A stretch of DNA of 64,000 nt from the NCBI GenBank assembly GCA_028534125.1, contig CM052818.1, forward strand, positions 39,372,001-39,436,000, read 5' to 3'. Each line of letters begins with the position of its first letter. Within the stretch, counting starts at the first letter, position 1. A program made the translations under genes and the position numbers. The stretch comes from Lama glama. Lineage: Eukaryota. Positions 36,115 through 46,695 of this stretch are shown one piece after another. The notes beneath the pieces were generated by a model. The model saw only the letters and a program-made list of their open reading frames with translations. It was not told the origin of the DNA and did not search any database.

Positions 36115-39100
36115 AGAAGTCAAGCCACCTTCTCCCATGTGGGGTCTGGGTTTTCTTTCCCAGAAGCTTGGGCATGTGGGGAACAGAACAGGATGATCTC
36201 TGCTCCTCAGCCTGTGTCCTAAGCTCATTTCTCGAAGGACAAAGGGGCTTCATGGGGCAGCGGCTGGAGGCATTGTTGGAAAGCCTACGTTTAGTCTGTG
36301 AGGAGAGTGGGAAGTAGGACCAAACTTCCCTAACAGCCTTCCGATCTTGGGGATTGTTATTCGTTATGCCCTTTTTCCCTCTCACAGAGGGAAAGAACAC
36401 TGGGTGAGCCAGAGCGCTGTCATGGGCAGGCAGAGACTTATTGTCCGCTCTGTTTTCTGGGTTTCCGCCTGTCCTCAGCCAGCCTCAGAGAGGAGCACTG
36501 GGCTGCCGAGCCGCCCGCAGCTGGCTGGGCTGGAAAGGATGGAGGCAACCCTTTTGGCTTTGGGGCAGGCGCAGCCCGAGTGTTTTGGACCATCTTTTCC
36601 CCAAGCTCTGTTTAAACATCCACCGAGCTCAGCTGGCCTGGCATTCGGAACCAGCCATTGTGTCCTTGGTGACTCACTTGCACCAAATTCCCCTGGAAAT
36701 TCTGGAGAAAGTGGGTTCCAGAGACATTTTCAATTTTATTCCAGTGGTAAAGCATTTGGTGTTTGTCCCTCAAATCCCTGGCTCCCCGGTGGAGACGGCC
36801 TTCTGCTGGCCGGGCGTGGGGTGGACAGCACTCTGCTCTCCCTTCCCTGATGCCCATGAACCCACAGACCAGGAGCTCCTCGACAGCTGGCAGGGTCCCC
36901 TTCGTGCCTGTGTCCTGGCACCCGCGACACGCTCAGTGAATGGATGGAACTTCAAAAGAGAAGAGGCTGGGCATAGCCAAGTGAGCCCCAGGGCTGCTCC
37001 CATCCTCCTCGCTGGACCCCAGAGGAAGGACAAAGCAGACAGGGTTCTCAGGCAGACATGGGGCAAGGAAGGCGGAGTCGGGGAGAGGGTGCAGGAGATC
37101 CAGGATGTACCAGGACCTTGTCGCCTGTCCCTGGAGTGTTTGCCATCTTCTCTGCAGGACCTCTCACTTGTGTTCCCACAGTGTGGCAGGAGAGGGCGGT
37201 CAGAGCCAGCACTGGGTTTCCTGCTGGCCTCCTGCTGGGAGCCTGCTTTGCTGGCTCCCTTTTCTCTCGCTCTGTTAACCCCAGCAGCCAGAGGGCCCTC
37301 TTGCTGGCCCCTTGGGACACCTGGTCTGCACAGTGTCAGAATCTGCGCTCGTCTTGGGTGTCTCTGCCTCAGCCCTTCCACTGTCTGAGTAGTGCAGGGC
37401 ACGATGGGGTCGCTCCTCCCTCCCAGCCCCTTCCCCAGCAAGATTCTTCTTCTGTTTTAAACCAGACCTCTTTTTGCTAAAATAAGGCCCTAGGGAGATA
37501 GGAGTTTATGAGTGTGAGGACACAGTTGGGTGGACCAGTGAGGGGGTGGGGAAGGCAGCTACCTGCCATGCTGGTGACTGTGACAGGTAGGAAGTTCTTC
37601 CTTCTACTGCGCAGACATCTGAGTTCAGGAAGTGCACACTGGCGACTCTGGCACAGAGTCCTCTGTGACTCTGAACAAGTAGCAGCCATCAGTTGACCTA
37701 AGTAGCCATCAGCCAGGGCTCCAGTTCCCTGGGGTGGGGTGATGCCCAGGATAGTGCCTTGTTCTTGGGGGTCTGGGAGGGGCACAGCCTCTGCTTCTTG
37801 GCTTCTTATAAGATCTTCTTGTTTTATAATCTAGGAGCTTATAAGCTTGGGAACTGCTTTCAGGGGCCAGTGGCAGATAACACCTCTGAGCTGACTTGGA
37901 AGTGACTTGGGCCTGATGAGAGGAAGTCCCCGCTCTGGCTGGACGCTGCGAGAGCTTGCTTCCCACTGCCCACGTGATCTCCCTTAGAGTAGAGTTTGAA
38001 GACAGAAGGGCCTAGCCCCTAGACCCCAGCTTCCAGCCTTCCCTTGTATTTCATTAATTCTCTCACTCCCACTTCATTTGTATGACAGTCTCATGAACTG
38101 AGGACACCTTAGCCCCGAGGCTGGGACAGCTGATCCAAGACCGTAGAGCCAGTGAGTGGGGAAGAGAGATCAGACTTCTACTCTCTGGATTCCCAGCCTG
38201 GGGCACTCTCTTCCTCTCCACCATGACCTTGCTTACTCCATTCCCGCAGTTTCCCTTCTCCTCGAGGCTGAGCGTGGAGGCTCTAGGACCTCTTACTGCC
38301 AGGCCTAGGGTGGGACTGGGGTGGGGGCACTTCTCCGACCACACATCTGAAGAAGGAGGCAGATGGTTTTACCCTTGGCCTGTCTTCTCACTGAGCTTCC
38401 TTTCTTCGTCTCTCTTTTAATTTTGGTTTCATGTTTGCCCTTCCAGCATCACTCCATCAGGTTTCAAGGTGGGAAAGAAAAACCCAGTTAATAGGTTGTT
38501 TGAAGGTGCTAGAGGACATGCGTGGCTGGAACCCGGTGCCCTCCTCCTAGCTCAAACTCCCTCCCGCCACTGCGCCCCACCCCTAGTTGTGCTAAAATCA
38601 GTGTACGTTTGGGGCAGCATCTCCATGACCTTGCCGGCTGTGTGCAAGCCCCAGGGAAGGCACATCACAGGGTTTGGAGGCTGAGCGCTCCGGCCCTCCC
38701 CGGAGTCCTCTGTCTTGGGTCAGTCTCTCTTCCCTAAGCCCCTTCTTCTCAGGAAGCTCCTGTTTGTACATTCCATTTTGTGTATCAAGCAACTGTCTTG
38801 CAAACAGCGTTGTTGGTAATTGGTAGGAATGGCTGTTAGTTTCGGAGGCTGGCGCCTGCTAAGACCAGCCTAACACCAGCGGCTGCTTTTTTCCTTTTTT
38901 TTTTTTCAGCTTTCCTCATATTATTGTAGAAATTACAGAAAAATATTTGGCTCGTCATACTCAACAATATATATGGCTGATTCCCTGTCATTGTATTAAT
39001 CCTAGAAAAATAAACCTCTTGGCATCTTGCAGATTTTCCCTGAGTGGAGAGGAACACGGGTTCCCATGTGTATTGAAAGCTATTAAACGTCTTTCTGCGT

Positions 39101-39420
39101 AGCGTTGTGCCTAGGAAGACACCGGTGTGATTAATCAGACTGAGCCCGTGGCACACGTTGTCAGGGCTCTGTTGAGAGCTGGGGTGTGTTGATGTTGTGC
39201 ACGGATCCTCCGGGTTTGGGCTCTGGGACGTCTGACAGCATGAAGGCCCACATTTGGGGCTGGTTATGGGGAAATTAGGCAAGGCCAGGCGTGCAGCTAG
39301 ACTTATTGGAGCGGGAAGAGAGGAGTCTGGCTTGCTATGCCAACCAAGACTCAAGGAAAGTCCATGATAACAAGACCCCTTGGGGAGGGGCTCTCCTGTT
39401 CTGGAACATGCTATGAAGTG

Positions 39421-39555
39421 TTTTTTTAAAATTTGTTTTGAGGGGGTAGGTAATTAGGTTTATTTATTTTATTTATTTTTAATGGAGACACAGGATTGAA
39501 CCCAGGACCTCGTGCATGCTAAGCACGCACTCTACCACTGAGCTATACCTTCCCC
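39421..39555 (-). mobile_element. tRNA-Ala-derived camelid SINE (vic-1-like)
   Basis: Reverse complement reads GGGGAAGGTATAGCTCAGTGGTAGAGTGCGTGCTTAGCATGCACGAGGTCCTGGGTTCAATCC...AATAAATAAACCTAATTACC.CCCCC plus an A tail. Confidence 0.92.
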
Positions 39556-39569
39556 TGCATAAAATGGTT

Positions 39570-39770
39570 TTTGCTGGAACCCTGAGGCCATCTCACATTC
39601 ATTCTTTCATGGGAGCTGGTGAGATAAGCAGGGCTGATGTGACTGTGTCCATTTTATGGATGAGAAAATGAAGGCCCAGGCCGGCAGAATGACCACAAGG
39701 AACTGAGTGGTCAAGAAGAGGCTTGAATGGGGGCCTCGTGATTTCGAGGGCAGCTTTCCATCCATTTCAC
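39570..39770 (-). mobile_element. MIR SINE
   Basis: TCCATTTTATGGATGAGAAAATGAAGGCCCAG reverse core. Confidence 0.7.
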
Positions 39771-41119
39771 ATGGCTGCTACCAGTTATCTGTACGACCGA
39801 CTGTTCCTTCCTTGGTGTCTTTGCCCCATTTTCCCTGCTCTTGGAGGCACTAGCAGACAGCTGTGTCCTGGTTCAGTTGACTCTCCTTTCAGCATTTGCT
39901 CTGCCCACTGACGAATGCTTGTCTTCCTTTTGTGGCAGGTGCCCACTGTCGCCAGGGCCTGGGCCGTCCCCAGCTACCCTGGACTTGGTGGCAGCTTGGC
40001 CCCGCAAAGCCTGCAGCCCAGCTTTCCCCTGGCACAGCCGGAAACATAATTCTTATTTCCTGGCTCCAGGGTCTGTCCCTTTGAAGGCAAAATTGCCGTT
40101 TTCCTCTTTGAGGATCATCTGAACCCGAGCAGTATTTCAGTTTATTGACTTGGCTTGAACCTAAAACCGCAGGTGGGGAAAATACAACCTTCCCAGCTCA
40201 GGGTCCATTCCTTTGGGAAAACGGGGAAGGAAAAACTGGTCTTTTCATGGCCACTGTCCTTTTGCCGTGAAGGAAGGCATTGCCAGTTCTGAAAGTCGAA
40301 CCAGACTTTCCTTGGAGACAATTGTGGCTCACAAAATTGCAAGAGTTTCCTTCAATTGGTTGTAATGTTCCCCGGAATTTACAGTCTGGGATGCTCCCCC
40401 GAGTCCTGTTCTCTTGCAGGATCCCCACATGTGAGCTCCACTTTGTCCAGGAGAGCGGGGCCAACACGAGGCAAAGATGGGCACGTTAGTCCTCTCCCCA
40501 GCTTCCTGTGGGATTGTGTAGGGGTCAGCACTGTGTGTTCTCAAGGCTCTGGGAGTTTGAACTTGGCTCCCAATTCAGCCTCTCGTTTTCCAAATTATTT
40601 TTGTTCTTATGACAGCAGGCAGAGCTCATTCACTGAGTTAGAAAGAAACTTGATGGGGTGGGGGTGGGGGCCGATGAATGCTTTGGGAACATCCTACTTG
40701 TTTTTAACCTATTTCTCTTTTTTTATGTATTTATACCTTCTATGTATACATTCATTCTGTCTCATCTATGTTGCTTCCTTCCTTCCATCCATCTGTATCT
40801 CCATTTTTAAGAGCTATTTCTGACCAGCTGGCTCAGATACACACTAGTTCATGAACTATGTATCCTTAATAATGTCTATTATTTAAACAACTTCAAAAAT
40901 GTGACCTGTGTTTTTTAACTTTTCAGGTCTCATTTTTCTGGGGCATAAATTTGAACCCAGAAATGGGTTGACTACGTAGTGCTTTGTACTTAAAAGACCA
41001 TTTTGTCTTTTAGCAGCGCCTCACATGTGGGTCTTTGCTGACACAGTCCTTTATAATTTGGTTTACGGGTTTTTTTTTGTTTTTTTTTTTCTAACTTCCT
41101 TCTGAATTACGAGCATGGT

Positions 41120-41550
41120 TGCAAGGTCTTGGCCTCCCTCTCCAGTTTGATGACTATTAGGTCCCTACGCACATGCCAAGCTTTAGTCATAGGGCCCTGG
41201 TCGTGGCCCCCGAAACCCAGCCTACTGTTCCCCGCCTCCACACCCTTACATGTACTGTTCCCACCGCCTGGAGTGCGTTTTCACCAGGTTCACCCGCGGA
41301 GCTCCTTTCCCACCTTTCCGCAATCACTTGCATCCCACCTCCAACATGCAGCTTTCCCTGCTACCTCCTGGCGGCGTTCGGGCCACCTTCATGCTCTTAC
41401 AGCTCCAACATACTGTATTCTCCTCTGCGAGCTCCTTGAGGGTGGGGCATGGATCTTGGTCGTCTTTATCTCTCGCATCAAGAACAGATCTGTACAGACT
41501 AAAAGCAAGTCAGTCCTATTGGAAACAGAGATGTTAATGGATTTATCAAA
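41120..41550 (+). mobile_element. LINE-2 3' fragment
   Basis: TACATGTACTGTTCCCACCGCCTGGAGTG...TGCGAGCTCCTTGAGGGTGGGG. Confidence 0.65.
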
Positions 41551-41604
41551 AAAATGTTAAGATAAAAATGCTACACTTAAATCCAAAACCATGCCATGAA
41601 CAGC

Positions 41605-41651
41605 ATGTCACATGGGGTCACGATGTCACATGGGGTCACGGTGCCACCTGG
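41605..41651 (+). repeat. 18-bp tandem repeat (2 exact copies + partial third)
   Basis: ATGTCACATGGGGTCACG at 41605-41622 and 41623-41640, then the degenerate GTGCCACCTGG. Confidence 0.9.
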
Positions 41652-41949
41652 CCTGTGTAGTGAGGGTGAGTATGTGCACCTGTGGCTCCTGGGAAGCCTC
41701 CAAGGCCAAGGTCTTTCTTCCTTTAGTCATCAAGGAATTCATTGCCAGGGCATTGAGGCTGTGGCTAGCAGGAATGTGTACTTCTAGATTGCATCTGATA
41801 ATTTAAATGAATAGCAAATGCACTAAGAGCAGCATGAAAAATATTCAGACTCTGATGGTGAGAAAAGCCAAAGAAAAGCCACAGAAGTAGCCCCCGCTTA
41901 CCCCACCCTTCCTTCTGCTTAGATCAGTGCCTCTGCCCTAAACGGCTCA

Positions 41950-42382
41950 ACATGAGTCAGGGTCCTGGCAGGAGACAGCAGGGGTAACTGGGGAGAGTTG
42001 AATGAAGGGACTGTTTACAAAGTGTGAGAAGGACGAGGGCCATGAAAGGGATGCTGAAGCGCCCTGGGCAGGCAACAGTGGGGGGCGAGGAGCGGGAGGA
42101 GCGGTAGCTGACAGTGTAGGGACAGTGGTGGCCGAGGGGAAAGGCTGCCGAGAGGAGCAGGGGACTCTGGTGGAAGAGGCTGTGGCTTGGTGACATGGTG
42201 GTTGCTGGGCAGTAGTAAGTACTCACTCTCACCCTCTGCTCTGTTGCTAGCACCTTCCACCGGCCAAACCCACCCGGAAACCAGAGGGCAAGGAAGCCCA
42301 TTTGTAGAGCCCCAGGCCAGCCTGCAGGGCACAGAGCAGGGCAGAGGGTGGGTTTGGAGGAGCAAATCCAATATTCAGCATG
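41950..42382 (-). mobile_element. ERVL solo LTR (LTR33-like)
   Basis: The reverse complement begins TGCTGAATATTGGATTTGCTCCTCCAAACCCACCCTCTGCCCTGCTCTGTGCCC...CTTGCCCTCTGGTTTCCGGGTGGGTTTGGCC, matching LTR33 as I recall it. Confidence 0.75.
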
Positions 42383-42809
42383 GGCTCGCTGCACCTGGGC
42401 AGGGCCCACCTGGCCGCCTGCGTGTTGGTATGCCCATCTGCCAATGAGCAGATATCCTCCCAAGGACCATCTGTGTCCTTGCTGGAGACTTTATGTACGA
42501 GGCTTTGCCTTGTGCCCAGGGGGGCTCATGGGGGGACCTGGGAGTGGAGTCTTGCACAGTTTGGCAGAGGTCAGTCATTTCCCAGGAGGACACGCTCCCT
42601 GACCAGATGGCAGTGCCTCTTTCATCGTCTGCCTTTTCCCCAGCAGGTGTAGCCAGGGGCTTGGGCCTCAGGAGTTGGGTGGGGCAGGAGCCTGGCCAAG
42701 GAGATGCAGTGGGGCAGGGATTCTCCTTAAGGAAACACCTCAGCACACCTGTAGGAGTGTGCAAACTGCAGGAGAATGGGCTACTCTCTACCTGGACGTG
42801 TTGGGGCTG

Positions 42810-43030
42810 AGAGTAGAGAAGCCATGTGGTTTAGGCAAGGCATGGAAGCTTTGGGACCTGAACTTGAATCCTGACTCCAACACTTACCTTAAGGGAAGTT
42901 CCTTAACCTCCTTGAGCCTCAGTTTCCATGGCTGTAAAATGGGGATAATAATTCTGACTGTTTCAGCTTATTGTAAAGATACGCTATTGTATACTAAATA
43001 CTCCTTTGAGCGGATCTGGCCACCTGTCCT
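42810..43030 (+). mobile_element. MIR SINE
   Basis: TTAACCTCCTTGAGCCTCAGTTTCCATGGCTGTAAAATGGGGATAATAA. Confidence 0.85.
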
Positions 43031-43949
43031 TGTGCTTTCTTTGGTCCCTGGCCCCTCGAAAACATTTTCGCCTTGGGCCTCCCCCAGGTGAATGACCTGG
43101 GAAGAAACTAAGGCAGCTTAAAATTATGGAAATGTTCAGGCCCTAAAATGGACTTGTTTTTCACTTTCCCACAAGGCATACTTACTAGGAAAAGTTGCGG
43201 AAAATTCGATGCTTAGTTTACAGTCCCAAGAACATGAAAGAGCTCCTCTGCCAGTTTAAAAAAAAAAGATGGATGTTGTTTCTGGGAGAAGGAATGTCGT
43301 ACAGTGGCTCAGGCAGGAGACGGTGAGTCAGATGTGCTGAGAGCCGGGCCAGGCTGGCCCCCAGGCCCCCCGGTGAGTCAGTGCTGCCCGCGAGGCCGGC
43401 TGGGCAGTGGGCCCAGCGGGCCGCCGAGCCAGGTGCAGCCTCGTCCTGCTGGGACTGAGGCTTCACTGTCCCATCACCCGCCCCGCTACCTCACAGGGTG
43501 CCTTCTGCCGCTGGTGTTGTCAGCCAGCGTCGTCGATGCAGGCAGTTGCTGATGTGGTCGCCCCTCTTCCCTCTTTTTCCTGTAACGTTTATCTGCTTCT
43601 GGATGAACCCTTCAACCTCCCGGCCCAACCTGGCCACCCATCCTCGCAGCTGACCCAGAGGTCCTGCTCCCTCTGTTGTCTCCAGGGATCTGCTGATGGA
43701 GATGCTATGTCTGGCGGAGCCGAGGTAGAAGAGAATGTTCCATTTGGGGGTCTTTGAACAATGAGTGTCCCTGGAGCTGGAGGGCTTTCCCCCCAGCTTC
43801 CCTGGAGGGACCCAGCCTGCAGAAAATCAGGATGCTGGAAACCAGACATTTAAGTCACGAGAGGCAGAAAGTCTCCACAGGTGACAAGAGGTTTGCACAA
43901 CCTGGACTAGAAGCTTGTCCCAGGCAGGTAGGTAGAGTCGGGAGTGCAG

Positions 43950-44165
43950 GGCCCATTTAAGAGATCTGGTTCCAGACCAGACACTCCACCCCTTACTTGA
44001 AGAAAGTTTGACTTCTCAGATCCTATTTTTCCTCATCTTTGAAATGAAGGAGACACTTCTTATCTCACAGGGGTTTGTGAGAATTAAATCAAGATAGTTG
44101 ATGTAAAAGTACATTGTGATCTAAACATTTTAAAAATAAATGTAAGATGCTACTATACATTATTA
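43950..44165 (+). mobile_element. MIR SINE
   Basis: TTCCTCATCTTTGAAATGAAGG...TATCTCACAGGGGTTTGTGAGAATTAAAT...ATGTAAAAGTAC. Confidence 0.75.
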
Positions 44166-44401
44166 GACAAGGAAGGAAGGAAGGATCAGAGAGGTTAATG
44201 CCTCGCCTGAAGTCACACAGCTGGAGGACCCAAACACCAGTCTCCTCTTTCCATTGTTCTCTGTTATCTCAGTTTCTTCCATTTTGTGGGGAAGACACAG
44301 AGTGTTTTAATTAGTTGATCATTTGAAGCTCAGGGTGCAGGTCCTTTGTGGGTTAGCCGGGCCCTTGACCCCTCTGGCTGGAGTGTCCTCCGAGCCGCCC
44401 G

Positions 44402-44420
44402 TCACCGGCAGAGGGCGCTG
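44402..44420 (+). promoter_or_regulatory. CTCF-binding motif
   Basis: TCACCGGCAGAGGGCGCTG closely matches the CTCF core (CCASYAGRKGGCRS; TGGCCACCAGGGGGCGCTA). It lies in unique, CpG-retaining sequence. Confidence 0.6.
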
Positions 44421-46454
44421 TGGCTCTAGGGGTAGCAGCGCCCCCACGGCGTGGATTTCAGCTGTGAGTGCCACTTCCGCCTTATCGCTCCCGCCCCGTC
44501 TGACTCCTCCTTGGCAGTTTGCTGTTTGCCCTTTGTCCCCAGCACCACTGTTCCTTCCGTCCTGCAATGACCACACTCCTTGGTCCCGGTCTGCTCCCCT
44601 CATCAGCCTGGGTGGCCCACGTCTTCCTCATCTTGTCCTCTCCCTGCTGCAGATGGACACCTGACTCCCAGCCTGGCCTGCAGGATGTGCTGGAGCAGGT
44701 GGCCGAGCTGTGTGGAGGGTCTGCTCAGGTGAGGCAGGCAGCTTTCTGGGTGGATGTCCTGGCGTGGAGGTGGTTGCCTCCACCTTGATAGGCACAGAAA
44801 ATGTCTATCATTGTTCATATATTATGCATTTTCTGGGAGGGCTTAAGTGTGGCAGTGACTTCATTCATGCTGGTTGGGGTTAGCTGTGCGGGTCAGGAGA
44901 GGCCCCGTCCACGGTCGACAATCCCTGCTCTGCTGTGAAAAAACGTTCTCCTTGGAGCTGAGCTGCCCACCAGCCCCTGGGTCACGTTTGATTGCAGCAC
45001 CCCTGGGCAGAGCAGAACCTGGCTGATCCTTGTCCTCAGGACCTTCAAAGAAAGAGAGGGGGGCTGAGTGGGGTGGTCTCCACCCCCTCCCCACCCCTGT
45101 CTCAAAGACGATAGCTCTGGTTTGTAGTGGGAATTGGGGCTCCAGGTGACCGTTTGAAAGCAGAGATCCATGAAAGCACAGAAGGAGATGGGGCCAGTGT
45201 AAGACAATTCATGGCAAGTTAGCACAGATCCAGGGCTAAAATCTGGGTTCCTGGTTGTCCAGCTCAAATACTAGTCTTTTTTCTCCAGCCCTTTCATCCT
45301 TGAGATTCCCTTCCTAGTTATTGTGGGTTGGTTGGATCGATGCCCAGGTGAACGGATACATGAGGGGTTTCCAGGTGACATAGGCTGGGAGTCCAGTGGG
45401 CCCAGGTGCCTAGAGACAGAGCATTCCCCATGGGCCATGGATGGAGACTCCCATTTTCTATCTTCCAGCTGTTTTAGTTCAGTTCCAGGAGCTATGCAGA
45501 GGGAAGGTGCAGGAGCATGGAGCTGGGCAAGTAAGGTGGTTGGACTTGGGTTCTAGAAGCCTCACCCCAGATGGAGCAGGTGGTTGGAGCAGTGTTGGGG
45601 ACAGGGCTCTTGTGGGAACATGGGTGAGGCGAGTGCAGCTGGGTGGCTGGCTCAAGCACTATCTGGGTGCTGCTGGCCAGCTTCCCGGGTGGCGGGAGGC
45701 TCAGCCAGACCTGCCTGCGCTGGCCATCAGGGAGAGACTTCCCTTGGCCTGGTTTCCAAAGGCAAGGCACAGCCAAGGCCAACATGCTGTTACCAGCTGG
45801 GATCTTGGCATTGTCGTCCCCGGACCTCGGCAGGGCTCTCAGCCTTTCCCACAGTCCCCTCTCCTGCCCGGACAGAGCTTGGTCTGCAGTGAGTGCTCCA
45901 TTCCACCAAGAGATAGGTGTGGAGTGCCGCTGTGGTCCCCAGAGGGGACGGTGGTAGTCCTGGGAACAGAGTTTTGGCATGAAGCAGAAGAGACCAATGG
46001 GCAGGTCCACTTTGACCCCTAATGGGCTGAAAGGCCTTGAGTCCAGTTGCCTCACCTGTAAAACTGAGGTTGATCTGGATTCAGATAAGGGACATGCATC
46101 CAGGCTGGCCCCTGCGTGGGGTCTGCGTATAAGGGGCTGTCTCTGCCCTCAAAGAGCTTTTTGGTCTGATGAGGCAGATTTAAAGAGAACACTGATTTCT
46201 ACGGTATGAGGCAGAATTGCACTGTGGCCTGCCCCAGGGGTAGGAAGGTGGCATTGTGGGTTCTCAGAGAGGGGAGACAACCATACCTTGTCCTGCTAAC
46301 CAGGGAAACCTTCACACAGCAGATGACATTGGGAGACGGCTTGACTATGGCAGACAGGAGTGTTCCCTGTGAACACAGTAGGACTGGATGGTGTCTGGGG
46401 AGATGAGACAGAGTATGTGTGCACCTTCAGCTCGCTCTTCCCAAACTACTGTTG

Positions 46455-46695
46455 ATAGAATAGCTGCAGTTTATTGAGAGCTTCGTGGGATAGGGGAATG
46501 CGCTTGGCCTTATCTCTGTGGATTCTTACGACTACTCTGTGAGGCATTCATAGCATTACCTCTGTTTTGCAGACCAGGAAACTGAGATTCAGCTAGCTTA
46601 ACTTGCCCAACATCCCATGACCGCTAATCTGCAAAACTTGGATTCTAACCCAGGTTGATTTGTTCCAAGTCTATCTTTTTAACCACTCTGCCTGC
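46455..46695 (-). mobile_element. MIR SINE (near full length)
   Basis: TTTATTGAG...CTCTGTTTTGCAGACCAGGAAACTGAGATTCAG..TTAACTTGCCCAA...GGATTCTAACCCAGGT...TTTTAACCACT. Confidence 0.85.

Noticed and set aside
36441..37388. Longest ORF (315 aa), with a 223-aa antisense ORF overlapping
   Set aside because: Non-ATG start, no recognisable domain, and Pro/Gly/Trp/Cys-rich composition typical of chance ORFs in GC-rich DNA.
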